Under the pieces are notes generated by a model, which had not been told where the DNA came from, did no database searches, and saw only the letters and a program-made list of their open reading frames with translations. From NCBI RefSeq assembly GCF_965363235.1, contig NC_134842.1, forward strand, positions 20,221,521-20,285,520: a DNA stretch of 64,000 nucleotides, in the 5' to 3' direction. The position numbers were made by a program, and so were the translations under genes. Position 1 is the stretch's first letter. The number at the start of each line of letters is the position of its first letter. The DNA comes from Mytilus galloprovincialis. Lineage: Eukaryota. Shown here piece by piece: positions 14,540 through 27,420 of this stretch.

Positions 14540-15310
14540 CTTCATACTTTGTATATAGATGCCTCATGTTACGACGTTTCCGTCAGTCACATGTCCAATG
14601 TCCTTGACCTCATTTTCATGGTTCAGTGACCACTTGAAAAAAAAAGTTTTTTTGTAATGTTAAATTCTCTCTGATTATAAGTAATAGGATAACTATATTT
14701 GGTATGTGCGTACCTTGCAAGTTCCTCATGCCCGTCAGACAGTTTTCATATGACCTCGACCTCATTTCATGGATCAGTGAACAAGGTTAAGTTTTGGTGG
14801 TCAAGTCCATATCTCAGATACTATAAGCAATAGGTCTAGTATATTCGGTGTATGGAAGGCCTGTAAGGTGTACATGTCCGACTGGCAGATGTCATCTGAC
14901 CTTGACCTCATTTTCATGGTTCAGTGGTTATAGTTAAGTTTTTGTGTTTTGGTCTGTTTTTCTCATACTTTATGCAATAGGTCTACTATATTTGTTGTAT
15001 GGAATGATTGTAAGGCGTACATGTCTAGCGGGCTGATATCATCTGACCTTGACCTCATTTTTATGGTTCAGTGGTGTATGGAAATGTTTTATGATCTATA
15101 TGTCAGTCGGGTAGGTTTTATTTGCGTTGACCTCATTTTCACGGTTTTATTGTTCAGTGTTAAGTTTTTGTGTTTTGGTCTGTTTTTCTTAAACTATAAG
15201 CAATAGGTCAACTTTATTTGTTGTATGGAAGAATTGTTAAAATGTCTGCCTGGCATGGTTCATCTGACCTTGACCTCATTTTCATGGTTCATTGGTCAAT
15301 GTTTAGTTAT
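14540..15310 (+). repeat. Tandem array of about 5 units of roughly 150 bp
   Basis: The core tgaccttgacctcattttcatggttcagtg recurs at about 14605, 14760, 14908, 15053, 15132 and 15271. The units also share the aataggtctactatatttggtatgtg...gtacatgtc blocks. Confidence 0.85.
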
Positions 15311-16329
15311 CTTGGTAAATGTTAAGTTTATGAGACAGTCGTAATAAAGCTTTATACAAGTTATATATAGGACTATCAACATAATATCAATGATTAGTAA
15401 AGAAGGCGAGACATTTCAGCGTGTGCACTCTTGTTAACGATATTCAGCATCCTGTAGTACATATCACGGGCAAAAACTTAAAACCTATACAATAGTCACA
15501 ATGTATTTATGTCAATCATTGCTAGAATAACGGAGTTGCGAGGGGACCGACATTGTTTTAAAGAAAATGGAACGTTATGTACTATTTTGAATAATTCTTT
15601 TTGTCGACATTACGGCTTTGAAAATGCTAAAGATGATAAAAGACTCTCACTTCTTAAATAAATCAGATGTATCCCTAAATTATTCTATAGTCATATTTAT
15701 ATTGCGATTGCATATTTTTCTAAAATCCTTTCTAATGTGCTTAACAAATAAGAAATTTTAGAATAAATAACACCACAGCTAAGACAATCAGTTAACCGCA
15801 GATGATTCATTATAATCGCATTCAATCTTACTTTATATATAGTTAATGCATTTTTTTGCAACAAACGAAAGTGTGCCATAAATAGGGAAAACGCGTAAAT
15901 ACTTAATAATACATATGAATGACATTTTGAAAACAGCTCTCTTGATTCAGCAATGAATCATACTTATAAAACCCTTTATATTTAAGATGTTGAATTATAT
16001 TTAAATATCATTCGTAATGATTCCTAAAACCATGGCTTTTCCTATCCAGTGGTATTTCAAATTACTTGACATAAAGGCGAAGTTGATATAAGCGTTAGGC
16101 CATTGGTAAAAAATAAGAAAGAAAAAAAAACTGTCCACAAAACTCTTGATAAAAAATGAAATCCCTTGGAATATTATATTGTAAAACAAAAGGAAACATA
16201 GTTTTGTTTGAATCATGTGTCAAAGTAAAATAACAACAGGGAAGGGAGCATTTTAGCAAAATGATAATTTAAAACTAAACTTTATTCTCTAATTAATGCA
16301 ATTATTAACATACGTTATACAAGTGGAAG

Positions 16330-16412
16330 GGTTAGCTAGCTATAACACCAGATTTTATACACCTTTCTCTGTTCGCATATTGTCAGTACCAAGTCAGGAA
16401 TACGGCAGTTGT
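16330..16412 (-). repeat. Family B 3'-terminal fragment (reverse orientation)
   Basis: ggttagctagctataacaccagattttatacacctttctctgttcgcatattgtcagtaccaagtcaggaatacggcagttg. Confidence 0.7.
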
Positions 16413-16857
16413 TTTCCATCGTTCCGTTGGTTAATATAAATATAATTTCAGTCGGTTGATTTTATGAATTAGAATGTAATTATTTTCTTCTGAATTGTCT
16501 GCCCATAGATGGCGTTTAGGTTAAGTGTTTTGTGTGATTTGGCGGTTAAATCATTCGGCACGACAGGGTCTACTCGATAGGTCACGTTAATATTTACATC
16601 CATGCTGTTTGATATTTTGTAACATGCATTAAGAGATGATTGATTTACAAATGATTGTGTTTATTGAAATACTAGTATATATATGATGACATTTCGATAT
16701 GATTCGTAATTTGTAGATGTTACATATTATTAAATGGGCTCTGTCGTGTGGTATTGCATTTGACTCTTTTTTGTTGTTTATTGGTATGATTATTATCAGT
16801 GGTTGTGATATATGGGTGTTAACGGAAGAAGAATAATAAAGTTTCATAGATATAGGA

Positions 16858-17110
16858 AGATGTGGTGTGAGTGCCAATGAGACAACTCTCCATCCAAACA
16901 ACAATTTAAAAAAAAAAGTAAACCATTATAGGTCAATGTACGGCCTTCAACACGGAGCCTTGGCTCACACCGAACAACAAGCTATAAAGGGCCCCAAAAT
17001 TACTAGTGTAAAACCATTCAAACGGGAAAACCAACGGTTTAATCTATATAAAAAAACGAGAAACGAGAAACACGTATACATTACATAAACAAACGACAAC
17101 TACTGTACAT
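16858..17110 (-). repeat. Interspersed repeat family A, long subfamily copy (reverse orientation, 5'-truncated)
   Basis: Reverse complement of 640-922: gtgagtgccaatgagacaactctcc...gtacggccttcaacacgg...caaacgacaactactgtacatca. Confidence 0.8.
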
Positions 17111-20100
17111 CATGTTTGATTGAGTTTTTTTTTTATCGAGTTCGTATTTTTGTTACTTCTATTTGACCATCCTTAACATCTCTTATTCGTTTAAGACAAA
17201 CAATCAAACATCGTTAAAAGCGAAATGTGTCCTACAATATGTTTACAATAACTATTATATACACAAATAGGCGCATAATATAGTAAAAGGACTTAAAAAC
17301 ACTGAATTGCATTAAACTTAAATGACAATCAGGAAAATCATTCGGAATGCGTCTTTTTTGTGTGGTAAAATTTCATTCTTTCCAGTAATAAAACAGTTTT
17401 TTGCTATTATTATACCATCTCTATTCAAAATATGAAGTTTCAAGTCAGTGATAATTGTTTTGTAATAGTAATCCCATGATCCAGTGTGTCAGTGTAAAAT
17501 CATCCCGATGTCCGGAGGCCAGAGGATGATCTCACACTGACTCACCAAGTCCGAACGGGATAACTATTTTACATCCCATCAGTTCTAGATTTGATAAAAA
17601 CCATTTCCGCTTCATAAAAAATAGTTTAGAACGCGACACAATTATTATAATATACTTAATATATATCTTATAGTATATAACAAGTTCGATTCCCAGTATA
17701 GACACTGATTTTTATTTCGACATAAATTTTGATAGTTATTTATTCCGTATACATATTTCTAAGTTTATATTACATTCCCGCCAAAACGTTACAGAACAGA
17801 GGACAGTATTTAGAATAAATAAAATCAAGGTAGGGAGATCCGATAAGGCACATATTACTTCTGGTAGAACAAAGGAGCTGGGATGTAATTAGAAAGACAC
17901 CGGCAAAAAAACCAACAACAAAAGACAGCACGTCAGACGCGCAACTCTTCAACACAACACTCTTTAGATTTGCCTTGCCTTTAGGGCGTTTATATTTGAC
18001 TGTTAAATAATAATTAATTAAAGCATAAAGTTGCTTTTTAACATAACTAATCAGTGAAAATTTGCCACGGATGTTTTTCATGTGAATTCTATTCAAACTC
18101 TGTTGATATAATAGGTTACTACAGAGTATGTTGGCTGCTTAAATTGCCTCTATCTCATCGACACCATCAGTTATAATCCAAACGGAATAGAAGTTAATTA
18201 CTAATCTCTTTCATCCGATATAATGTATTACTTTAAATCACACAATAGCATTGCGAGTTTCCACTTGAGTGTTTGGAGAAAGCCATTCATACACTGAAAA
18301 ACTAATGAAGCAAAGTATAACAGACAGTTCATAATATTTTGTAGAATATGGGGGAAAATCTCATAAATAGTAATCAAATAAAGATATAGAATGCACGCCC
18401 ATTCAAAATATTCCATTAAGTCGATAAACCGAATAGAAATGGCTTTAAATCAGACATCTATTTGACTACTTTTATGCTAGAATTGTTCAATCGTGTTGGA
18501 AAGCATTTCTGTCATACTGAGCAAGTATTTTATTTGCAAAGTATATACTTTTTCCTTTAAGCACTTGATCAATACAAGTTCACAATCTGCATAATGCAAT
18601 ATTTGATTTTCAAAAATAATTATTACAATTCAGCTTTATAACCGTCAGTTTTTAAAGACGGGTTTTAGGCAGAAAAGCAAATTGTTATTCATCTTATTTT
18701 ATCCGTAAGACAATGATTTCAGGAAACTGTAGACATACTGTCTAATGTAATCATAAAATTTTCAATCAGTCTGTTTCTTAATTGCTGATGAAAGAATGTC
18801 AACTGATAGTTAAGTGTAAAAGTTGTTTTGTATCACCAGACAAGGAATAAACTCCTAGCATAAATCGATGTCATTCTATCATTTCCGATTAGCTTCAAAA
18901 TAGAATATAATTGACCAAGTATTTATTTTTTGTAAGCGGACATTAAAAGGCATATTTTTTTGTCGTCCATTCGGCGGTAATACACCTCGTCCTATCTTCT
19001 CTTTTGAACAAAATGGCAATTGTTTTTCAAATATGGCAATACCTTCCCGCAATGTGTCTTCTAAAATTCAGTCGATTTACAATACTGCAGAGTTTATCAA
19101 TTTGATGTCAAAACAGAAAAAAATACACTGTAAAGTGAGTGTTTATGATTATACCTTTAAAAGTGTAGCTGCAATGATGCCTTGTAATCAGTTTTGTTAT
19201 TCCCCTTTTCTGAATTTAATGAATTCTGTGTAATTTCATTGTTCGTACCACAAAATGAAAAAAAACCCGCCTTGTCATTGGTTGAAACGTGGACGTTTTG
19301 TACACTAACCAAGACGTATTTCTGCTAGATTTTGTAATTTTTATTTAAAAAACTGTTTAAAACAACAGTTTTTTAAAACAAAACTTTAACATGAGAATTA
19401 GATTTTGACCTTGTTTTTTGGTTTTTTTGCTATTTTCGTTTTTAACTTTTTGCGCGACCAATTTCTTTATACAAGTATTAACTATAGCTTCCCGTACTTT
19501 TTAGGGCATCCGCTAAAGTAGAAGTACTCACAGAAATAGACTGAGCAACGAATAATTAAATATATAATCGAGTTTTTTTGAGCCATGAACACATGTCTAA
19601 AATGAGTTTTCATATCCGTCAATAAACTAATATTCATCGTTAAACGAATGTAACATTTATTTAAGATGTTCCTCCACATAACCCTGCTGGGTCATTGTTT
19701 ATGTCAGACGCACACATTTGACGAAAATTCAAAATATAGTTTCAACATGCATGAGCGCATTTTATTCATTGAAATATTTATAGCAATAGTTCATCAGGTA
19801 TGTTTCTAATGAGAAATATACAATGGGAAAGTACAAATCATCAGCTTGTCATATATTCTATTTTGAAATCTTTCTTATTTGCTATATTTTATGAAAAGCA
19901 CAAGATATAGGACTTGTACACTGGTTTTGTTAGAATCCTTGTTTGAATGGACTGGTCACATATAACGCGATCAACATTTGTGAGATAGAAATTGAAGCTA
20001 AATAAATTCATGTTTGTATTTAAGAAACGAACACATGATGTCTTATTGATTTCTTTATATAATGAATTGCGCTGTCATTTAAAAACAATATTGTTGAAAA

Positions 20101-21704
20101 CAATATATTTAACGCCGTTCAGATGATAATCTATATAGACATATCAAAGTGCTTCTGGTTGTTTCACAATGCTACAGGGAATCGAAAACACTTTCTCCTT
20201 ACATATAGAAATTAATTAAATTGCATTTGACAGTGGTGGTTGTCATATTTAGCAATACTTTAAGCTTAAAACTAAATCTGCTGACAATATTTATCTCCTG
20301 TCTGATATTTTCTATTTGACATTTTGTACGCTGTTCCCAAGGATATAAGAGATAACAGATTAATCAGCAAAATGCTCCGTTCTTTTTTTGTAATTTACAA
20401 GACGAAACTTAAATCTACGATTCCATACGATATGTTTATTTCTGTATCAAAAATAAAAATACATATATGGTTGATAGTTTTAAAATAACATAACACTAGG
20501 TTTGTTTGATTATGGGTCTCTTTTTTTTTTTAAATTTATTTAAGGCAAATTCTTATTGACACTGTTTTCTTATTTGATTCAGTTATAGCAGAAAACAAGA
20601 TTAAACATGTATTTCCAAATGCATTTGTTTTTAGTTAAAAAATTCAATACAAATAAGAACATGCAGTTGACAAAACCATTCCTATACATTTGCTGGAAAA
20701 ATGTACAATTATATCAAATGAATTGAAATATGAAAACAATTTAAGCACAACGAAAAGAGTATTGGTTCCATTTGTACAAAGATATTAATAAACTCATAGA
20801 AACCAGGATAAAAATGTTTGTATGAAAATGGACCGAAGACTTACGTTACCAGTTTTTGCATTACTCATCATGGTTAGTAGTTTCATGAGTCCACAGAAAC
20901 GTAAAACATAACTATTATTTCAAATCTTTAAAGGAAAATTCATTAATTAAGAAAGTTCTAAGAAGGTTAGCACTCCCTAAGGTAATGTTGCTCATAGACG
21001 ACTTTGGTTAATTTTTAGTTAGGTTTGGTCATAAAAACTCGCAATTTGTCTAACAGTTTATACGTATCTAACTTCCAACTGTTTTTGTTGAAGCCTTCTT
21101 GAAGGAAGGTAATCCAGACAAAAAGCTTTGGACGTACGAAATGTAAAGACTGTTATTTTTTAATTAACTGCTTATAAAAAAAGTGATTTATCCACAATCT
21201 AAAAACAAGCAGTACTCCTCCAGAAGGTAAATATCTGAAAAAAAATCCCCTAGTAAAATGACATTTTAAACTGTTCAAGTGTTTTATTTCCAACCATACA
21301 GATACATGTTACATTTGTTTTAGGGCAAGACAAGGTATATGATACAAAATATGCCCATATTTCTTTTTGTATAAACACAAAAAGAACGAGGAAAATTTAC
21401 CGTCATTTTACTGGATACTAAAACTTCACAAAACTCTGTATAAAAACGATACATGACTGGATGATCAAGATAAGATGTTCGACTAAATATCTTTCTAAAG
21501 TGATGACTACTATTATTTCTACAGTAAAATATGGTTTTCAAAAATATTGTGATGAGATATATTCAACCAGGGGTGTTAATCAGATGTGAATTCTAAAAGG
21601 TTCAAAAGATCTCCTGCTAAATTTTAGGTCACAATCTCTGCAATTTTGAAGCAACATTTAGACCTATCATTTTGCTCGGCTTTTGTATCGACAATATATT
21701 TTTT

Positions 21705-21980
21705 TAAGTTTGGAGGGTTGATATTTCAACGGACCATCGGTAGTCCAATGAGTACCTATTGTGCACCCCTACTGGTCGATTGTTTTATGACTCGTATGAC
21801 GCAGAATTCATTCAAAACCTTCTAAGAGACAAAAAAATATTCTTTGCAAAATTATTTAGTTTTACTTTCAGATATATTGACGATGTCCTCTCACTGAATA
21901 AGCCATATTTCAGCCATTACTTTCATCTCATATATCCCTGTGAACTCGAAATAAAGGATACTACTGATATATACTAGAAA
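21705..21980 (+). mobile_element. Degraded retroelement RT fragment, probably Penelope-like (RY-DD motif type)
   Basis: Frameshifted reading TIGSPMSTYCAPLLVDCFM / ...KLFSFTFRYIDDVLSLNKPYFSHYFHLIYPCELEIKDTTD. F-RY(I/V)DD followed by ..IYP.ELE.KDT resembles the PLE RT motif 5 to 6 region. Stop codons truncate it. Confidence 0.4.
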
Positions 21981-22184
21981 GACTGCTTCATACCTTGGTC
22001 TCTTCCTCAATATTGACACATATAGACGACTTCACCTTAGAGTTAGACGTTCCACAAAATCTCCGAAGTCCCGCTTTGATTGGTGATTACATTGATGTTA
22101 ATATTTGAGAAATTAAGGACTTGGCAGTTCCATTACTTTGGGAACTTTTGCAATAAAATAAGGTATATACGTGTATAATTCAGT

Positions 22185-22275
22185 GAAATAGAGGCGAACA
22201 ATACCAAAGGGACTAATAAGTCGGAAATAAACTGCAAACGCTATAAAAGAAGACACCATTCGCCATCTTTGGTTA
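22185..22275 (-). repeat. Family T 3'-terminal fragment, diverged
   Basis: agaggcgaacaataccaaagggactaataagtcggaaataaactgcaaacgctataaaagaagacaccattcgcc. Confidence 0.5.
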
Positions 22276-22685
22276 ACTTCAAAGAAACAAAGAACACACA
22301 TTTGATTGTTCAGAAATTAAAGCTCTATATGCGGGGTTTCAATATGTCCATGATTATATAGATAAGCTTCTGCATGTCCACACTTAAGGGATTTCTTTAA
22401 CGATTAGCGCAATATTGAAATATTTTCGCGATCTCATATTTCGTAAACAGAACAGTCGTCTAATCTGTTGGCTTACAGAATTTGCCCTTATTCATATTTT
22501 GTCGTATTGCCTTAATTTGAATGACGTGTTGTTCATGCATAGAAGGTGACACTTATCCTGTTAATGCATCTTGGAATGACCCAATCGAAGTACATTCAAT
22601 TCCCTTCGTTTTATGTTTACTTTGATGGGTATTTTTGTAAGCATGTTCAATGGATTTAAGAGATTTGAACGCTGTGATATAAACA

Positions 22686-22814
22686 ATAAAAAGTAAAATA
22701 CTAAATTAGTTTATTTATAATACATTTTTATGATTCTATATTTCTATGCAAGATATTAAAAAATTCGAGTATTTTCAAATACCAGCGCAACTTTGATGTT
22801 TTGTAAATACATAA
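22686..22814 (+). repeat. Local duplication copy 1 of about 130 bp (copy 2 at 23622-23755)
   Basis: aaaagtaaaatactaaattagtttatttataatacatttttatgattctatatttctatgcaagatattaa...accagcgcaactttgatgttttgtaaatacat versus aaaagtaatatactaaattagtttattcataatgcattattacaattctatattcgtattcaagatattaa...actagcgcaactttgatgttttgtaaatacat. Confidence 0.85.
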
Positions 22815-23537
22815 AATTTTATGTACTCCATCAATATATGATATACGATTTTTATGTAGAATCTATTGGGTTTCAATTATAATCTGATGTTACTTAATTA
22901 CCAGGCACGTTCTTTCAGATCTAATCTATCACATTTACAGTAATGACAGCATTGTATATTTCCACTTCAGATGTATGTAAACGTTATTATTCAAATGTCA
23001 AACAAATCAGGTGGAAGGAGCGGATATGTCTCGATATTTCACGCTATGTATATGGAAAGCTTTCTTATCACATATAATCCAATAAATCAGTGGAGAGATT
23101 GTTGAGAAGAAATACATTAGAATGATGTTGCATTAATGAGGTAAATAAAAGGCTTTGTTATATATAAGGTTTCTTTCCACGTATAAAAAGTACAGATAAT
23201 TGACTATCGTATGACAGATATCGGAATCAGACTTATATTTGATTCCATGGTAAACAAACGAAGCTTCAGATTCAGGATGATGCTAGAATAAAAATAACAG
23301 AAAATATGAAGAATTCGTCAATAAAAGAATTTTTGAAATGTTTAAAGGTGAAACAAGCATAACAAATATCATTTAACGGCCTTATACAATTTAACGTTAT
23401 TTTGATACTGCTTTATAAGTGATTGCTACAACCGACTTTTCTGAATGGTTAAAACTTTAAAGTAAAACACACATCAGTACTCTGTGTAGCATACATAATT
23501 ACACCGTGTATTATGCATAATTACTCTATATATGTAT

Positions 23538-23620
23538 CATACATATAAAAGAGGGACGAAAGATACCAGAGGGACAGTCAAACTCATAAATCGAAAATAA
23601 ATTGACAACGCCATGGCAAA
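23538..23620 (-). repeat. Family T 3'-terminal fragment
   Basis: aaagagggacgaaagataccagagggacagtcaaactcataaatcgaaaataaattgacaacgccatggcaaac. Confidence 0.8.
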
Positions 23621-23621
23621 C

Positions 23622-23755
23622 AATTAAAAGTAATATACTAAATTAGTTTATTCATAATGCATTATTACAATTCTATATTCGTATTCAAGATATTAACAAA
23701 ATCCTGATTCGACTATCTCCAAATACTAGCGCAACTTTGATGTTTTGTAAATACA
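23622..23755 (+). repeat. Local duplication copy 2 (see 22686-22814)
   Basis: As above. It follows a family T fragment directly. Confidence 0.85.
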
Positions 23756-24034
23756 TGTATAACCAATGTGTGTTTAACTGATGCGGCGGAGCTTATGTTT
23801 CAATTTTCATCAGGATAGTTTTTTTTCTAAAATGTGTATGCTAATGAGGATTCCCGTTACAATTTGTATTACTGATTTCTAATCACGAATCAGTGTAACC
23901 AAACGGTATACGAAAAAACGGTGTGTACGATATGGGACGAATAAAACAGTTTAAGATTCATAGCATTTATATTTGCTAAAGCAGAGTATTAAATGTATTG
24001 GCTATTGTAATATTTTACTGTTTGAAACATTTAA

Positions 24035-24298
24035 AGCCTGTAATTCAGTGGTTGTCTTTTGTTTATGTGTTACATATTTGTTTTTCGTTCATTTTTTTAT
24101 ATGAATAAGGCCGTTAGTTTTCTCGTTTAAATTGTTTAACATTGTCTTATCGGGGCCTTTTATAGCTGACTATGCGGTATGGGCTTTGCTCATTGTTGAA
24201 GGCCGTACGGCGACCTATAGTTGTTAATGGCTGTGTCATTTTGGCCTTTTGTGGATAGTTGTCTCATTATCAATCATACCACATCTCCTTTTTTATAA
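24035..24298 (+). repeat. Interspersed repeat family A copy
   Basis: About 95% identical to 13972-14238 along its full length. Confidence 0.85.
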
Positions 24299-24399
24299 TT
24301 TCGAATTGTGAGATTTATTTCAATCGTGATCTTTTTTACTATGTATAAAAATAAAATATTGTAACCCTATTTTTATGTTAAATATGATCAATACTATTT

Positions 24400-24770
24400 G
24401 CCACGTATCATCGTGCATCAATACATTATTACACCGTGTACCACACATTATTACTTTGTGTACAACACATTGTTACGTTGTGTACCAGAAGTCATTACAC
24501 CGTGTAGCATACATTACTAAACCTGGTTCAATGCACCTTTTAAACATGAACCAAACTTTTACACTGTGAACCATACACTTTCACACCGACCTACTCACAT
24601 TGTTTAGCTATATAACACACTTCAATACAGCATGTACAACACATTATTACACCATATACCACGCGTTATTACACCGTGTACTACACATCATTAAACAGTT
24701 TAGCATATACCATTTCATCGTGTTCCATACATCATACCATATAAAACCAGTTACATCTGTTTCCATATAC
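24400..24770. repeat. Minisatellite of degenerate units about 25-35 bp long (cattattacaccgtgtaccacacat-like)
   Basis: Repeated acattattacaccgtgtaccacac, acattgttacgttgtgtaccag, tcattacaccgtgtagcatac, acattattacaccatataccacgcgttattacaccgtgtactacac. A related short block lies at 23480-23530. Confidence 0.8.
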
Positions 24771-25740
24771 CAAATATGATCATCTGTTGTTAAGCCTATC
24801 TATATCGCCGCGGTATAGCCCTAAGGCGCTGATACAGCGTTTAGCAAACATAAATCAATCAAACCTTAGTTATAATAATTGAAGTTTATACATCGGTGTT
24901 CTTTTGAAATTATTCTCTTTGGTGGTTGCATCTAATTGTAATTAGAACCATATTTTGGGATGGTGTATCTGTTTGGATTACACTGTGCTGATACATGTTT
25001 TGTTAAAAGTACATGTTACAAAACAGTACAAATTACTACAATGGTAAACAGAATAACAGCACTAATTTGAAAAACTACAGAGCACTTTAACTTGTCCCAA
25101 ATGATTTGCTATTAATATTTTGCAAAAGACATATTAAAGCCAAGTGTTTCATGTTCCCTTTTATAGTCAGTTCAAGTCAATTCCATTAGTAGATTCCCTT
25201 TATCTTTCTACCAAATTCTCTTAAATTGCAGCAATCGTAAACATCTAAAAACCTTTCCAATGCAATACAATATTCCTAAGCGACTCAATAGATCAGACGT
25301 TATAGGGTTTGATTGACAGTAACCGTGTTATCCGATAGAATTATAATGTTTATTCACTAATCTGGTCATATTGATTCCTAGGTCTGGCTTTAATAGAAAA
25401 GCAACAGTAGGAGAATTCACTTGTTGGAATGGCTTAGTATGGACAACACGTTGTCGGGAAATGGAATTAAAGACAACTATATATCCGATATCACCCACGT
25501 GAAATGTTACGTTAATCACATTTATTTAAACTTACAATCTGGGAAAATGTGAAAGTTTTATTTAATTATTAGATTTCGTTTCGAGAATATTGTCGAGAAT
25601 TTAAACGCGTAATTACTTATATATCTCAGTTGATAAATCATTATTTTCATTCAAATACGGAAAAATGATGGCCCAACATCGCAATGAGGAAAACAATTGC
25701 TATGTTTATTTTTTTACAATAAGTAATTAATATAGCACAA

Positions 25741-25748
25741 TATAAATG
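25741..25748 (+). promoter_or_regulatory. Candidate TATA box (TATAAATG) 34 nt upstream of the LHFPL-like ATG
   Basis: tataaatgg motif. The 5'UTR would be very short unless a 5' non-coding exon exists upstream. Confidence 0.2.
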
Positions 25749-25781
25749 GTGAAGATATAATAAACATGCGATCTATATAAA

Positions 25782-26148
25782 ATGAACAAACTTGTGTATT
25801 CCATATGGATATTGTTGACAATTGCTATAACGATTTTAACAATATTTTGTATATTTAACCCTGCATGGTATATACACAATAACCATATACATTCATTTGG
25901 ATTGACAGTATTCTGTGAGGGATTATCAACCGAGGATCAACAAATTCAAAGTCGGTGCCAAACATACGGAGGAACATTTGGTCTGGCGAACATACCATCT
26001 GGAGCGTGGCAAGCTTCGTTTTTGTTAATTTCTACAGGAGCATTTTCTTTCGGAGTCACTGTGATATTGGGAATATTGATACATTGTATCAGAGAGAGAT
26101 ACGTCTACAGTATAAGTTCACTTGTGCTATATCTACAAACATCGGCAG
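25782..26148 (+). CDS. LHFPL-like: Tetraspan membrane protein (LHFPL/TMHS-like) exon 1; ends in phase 1 at GCAG|gtaagt
   Basis: ORF MNKLVYSIWILLTIAITILTIFCIFNPAWYIHNNHIHSFGLTVFCEGLSTEDQQIQSRCQTYGG...ASFLLISTGAFSFGVTVILGILIHCI...LQTSA. TM1, a Cys-containing extracellular loop and TM2 are present. The (N/Q)P(A/Y)W(Y)I ... FGL..(F/Y)C.G motif resembles the LHFPL family. Canonical donor G|GTAAGT at 26149. Confidence 0.6.
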
Positions 26149-26649
26149 GTAAGTCCTGTAACATGATTTGCAGGTTTAAAAAACAAATCGGTATGATAAA
26201 TATCACTATAGTAGACAAATTAGTTTATATCAGCAATTATTATGCCCTGATATTACCTTTATTTTTTTTTATGTTTATTGTAATTTTACAAAAACGGATA
26301 TTTATGTTTTTGTTTAATCATATAATATTATTCTTTAGTCATTTTTCAAGGCTAATTTGTAGTGAACAAAAAAATCGGAATTTATCAAACATCATAAAGT
26401 AATCATCACTTCAAGGGCGTTGAAATTCTGAAAATGTTAAAGTAAGGCTAATCATCTTTACAGAATTTAAGATGACATGGTAGGCAAATATCCAAATATG
26501 ACTGCTTTAAGACTTAACAGAAAAATCTGTTAAAAAAATGTACTGGAGGAAGTAGGCCAGCTCTGTCGAACAAAAAGTAGAATTTTCTTTTGTAGATCCA
26601 TTTTGCCTTCATACTTGTTGTCAGACTTCACTTTGTTTGCAAAATATTT

Positions 26650-27420
26650 AGCTTTGAGGTTGAAAGATCAATGAAAAACCCGAATAAACAGTAAACTATA
26701 TCTATTATGCCGGGGTCACATATTGGCATATAGACCGGCGTGCACCAAATGTACAGAGAAAATTGGCAAAGTCGGTATACGCTAGTTGCACGCCAGAGAA
26801 GGCTAAGCAATCGTTAAACGCGCGTTGTTTAAGTTTGAATTACGTCGAAATACAAAGGTATACGCTTGGAGAACGCTTCAACTGGAGGAAATTTTGCAGC
26901 ATAAACATTTTCATCCAACTGAAGCGTGTGTCTAGCGTATACCTGTACGCTACACGTACGTTATACATACGCTACAAGCGAGTTTAACGCGCTACAGATA
27001 AGTTTGAGACACGTTTAGGGCACGTTTTATACGCTTCGAGATCGTTCGACTTTAACTTAAACGTATGCGGGTGTGTTTGTAACAAACACCATCTAATTGA
27101 ACGTCCAAGATACGACCGGGACGCGTCTCAAATATGTTAAAGAAACTTTTTTTCCTCGTAGCGTGTATTCATCTACGTTAGACAAACGCCAGGCATACAC
27201 AACCATACGTTTCTTGAAGGCCCGATAAACGCGTAGGTACGCTTCTCGTACGCCCAATTCACGATTAAAGCTCGTTGTGCACACGTTACAGATTTGATTG
27301 ACAGGTTGAATGCATCCAAAATTACTAACGTATTGGCAGCGGACATGATTTTCTAACACGCCCGGCGTACGTCGGAGCAATACGCTGATTTGTGACGCCG
27401 GTATTAGATAATACAGGTCG
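26650..27420. other. CpG-rich, GC-elevated block inside the LHFPL-like intron
   Basis: Dense ACGCG, CGTACG and TACGC motifs in an otherwise CpG-poor, AT-rich region. It carries overlapping long ORFs on both strands (26763-26987 +, 27093-27440 -) with no recognisable domain. Confidence 0.6.

Noticed and set aside
14414-14629. ORF with a poly-Ala tract (…DPAAAAAASLANFLK…)
   Set aside because: Driven entirely by the (GGC)7 microsatellite and the adjacent tandem repeat units. Not a gene.
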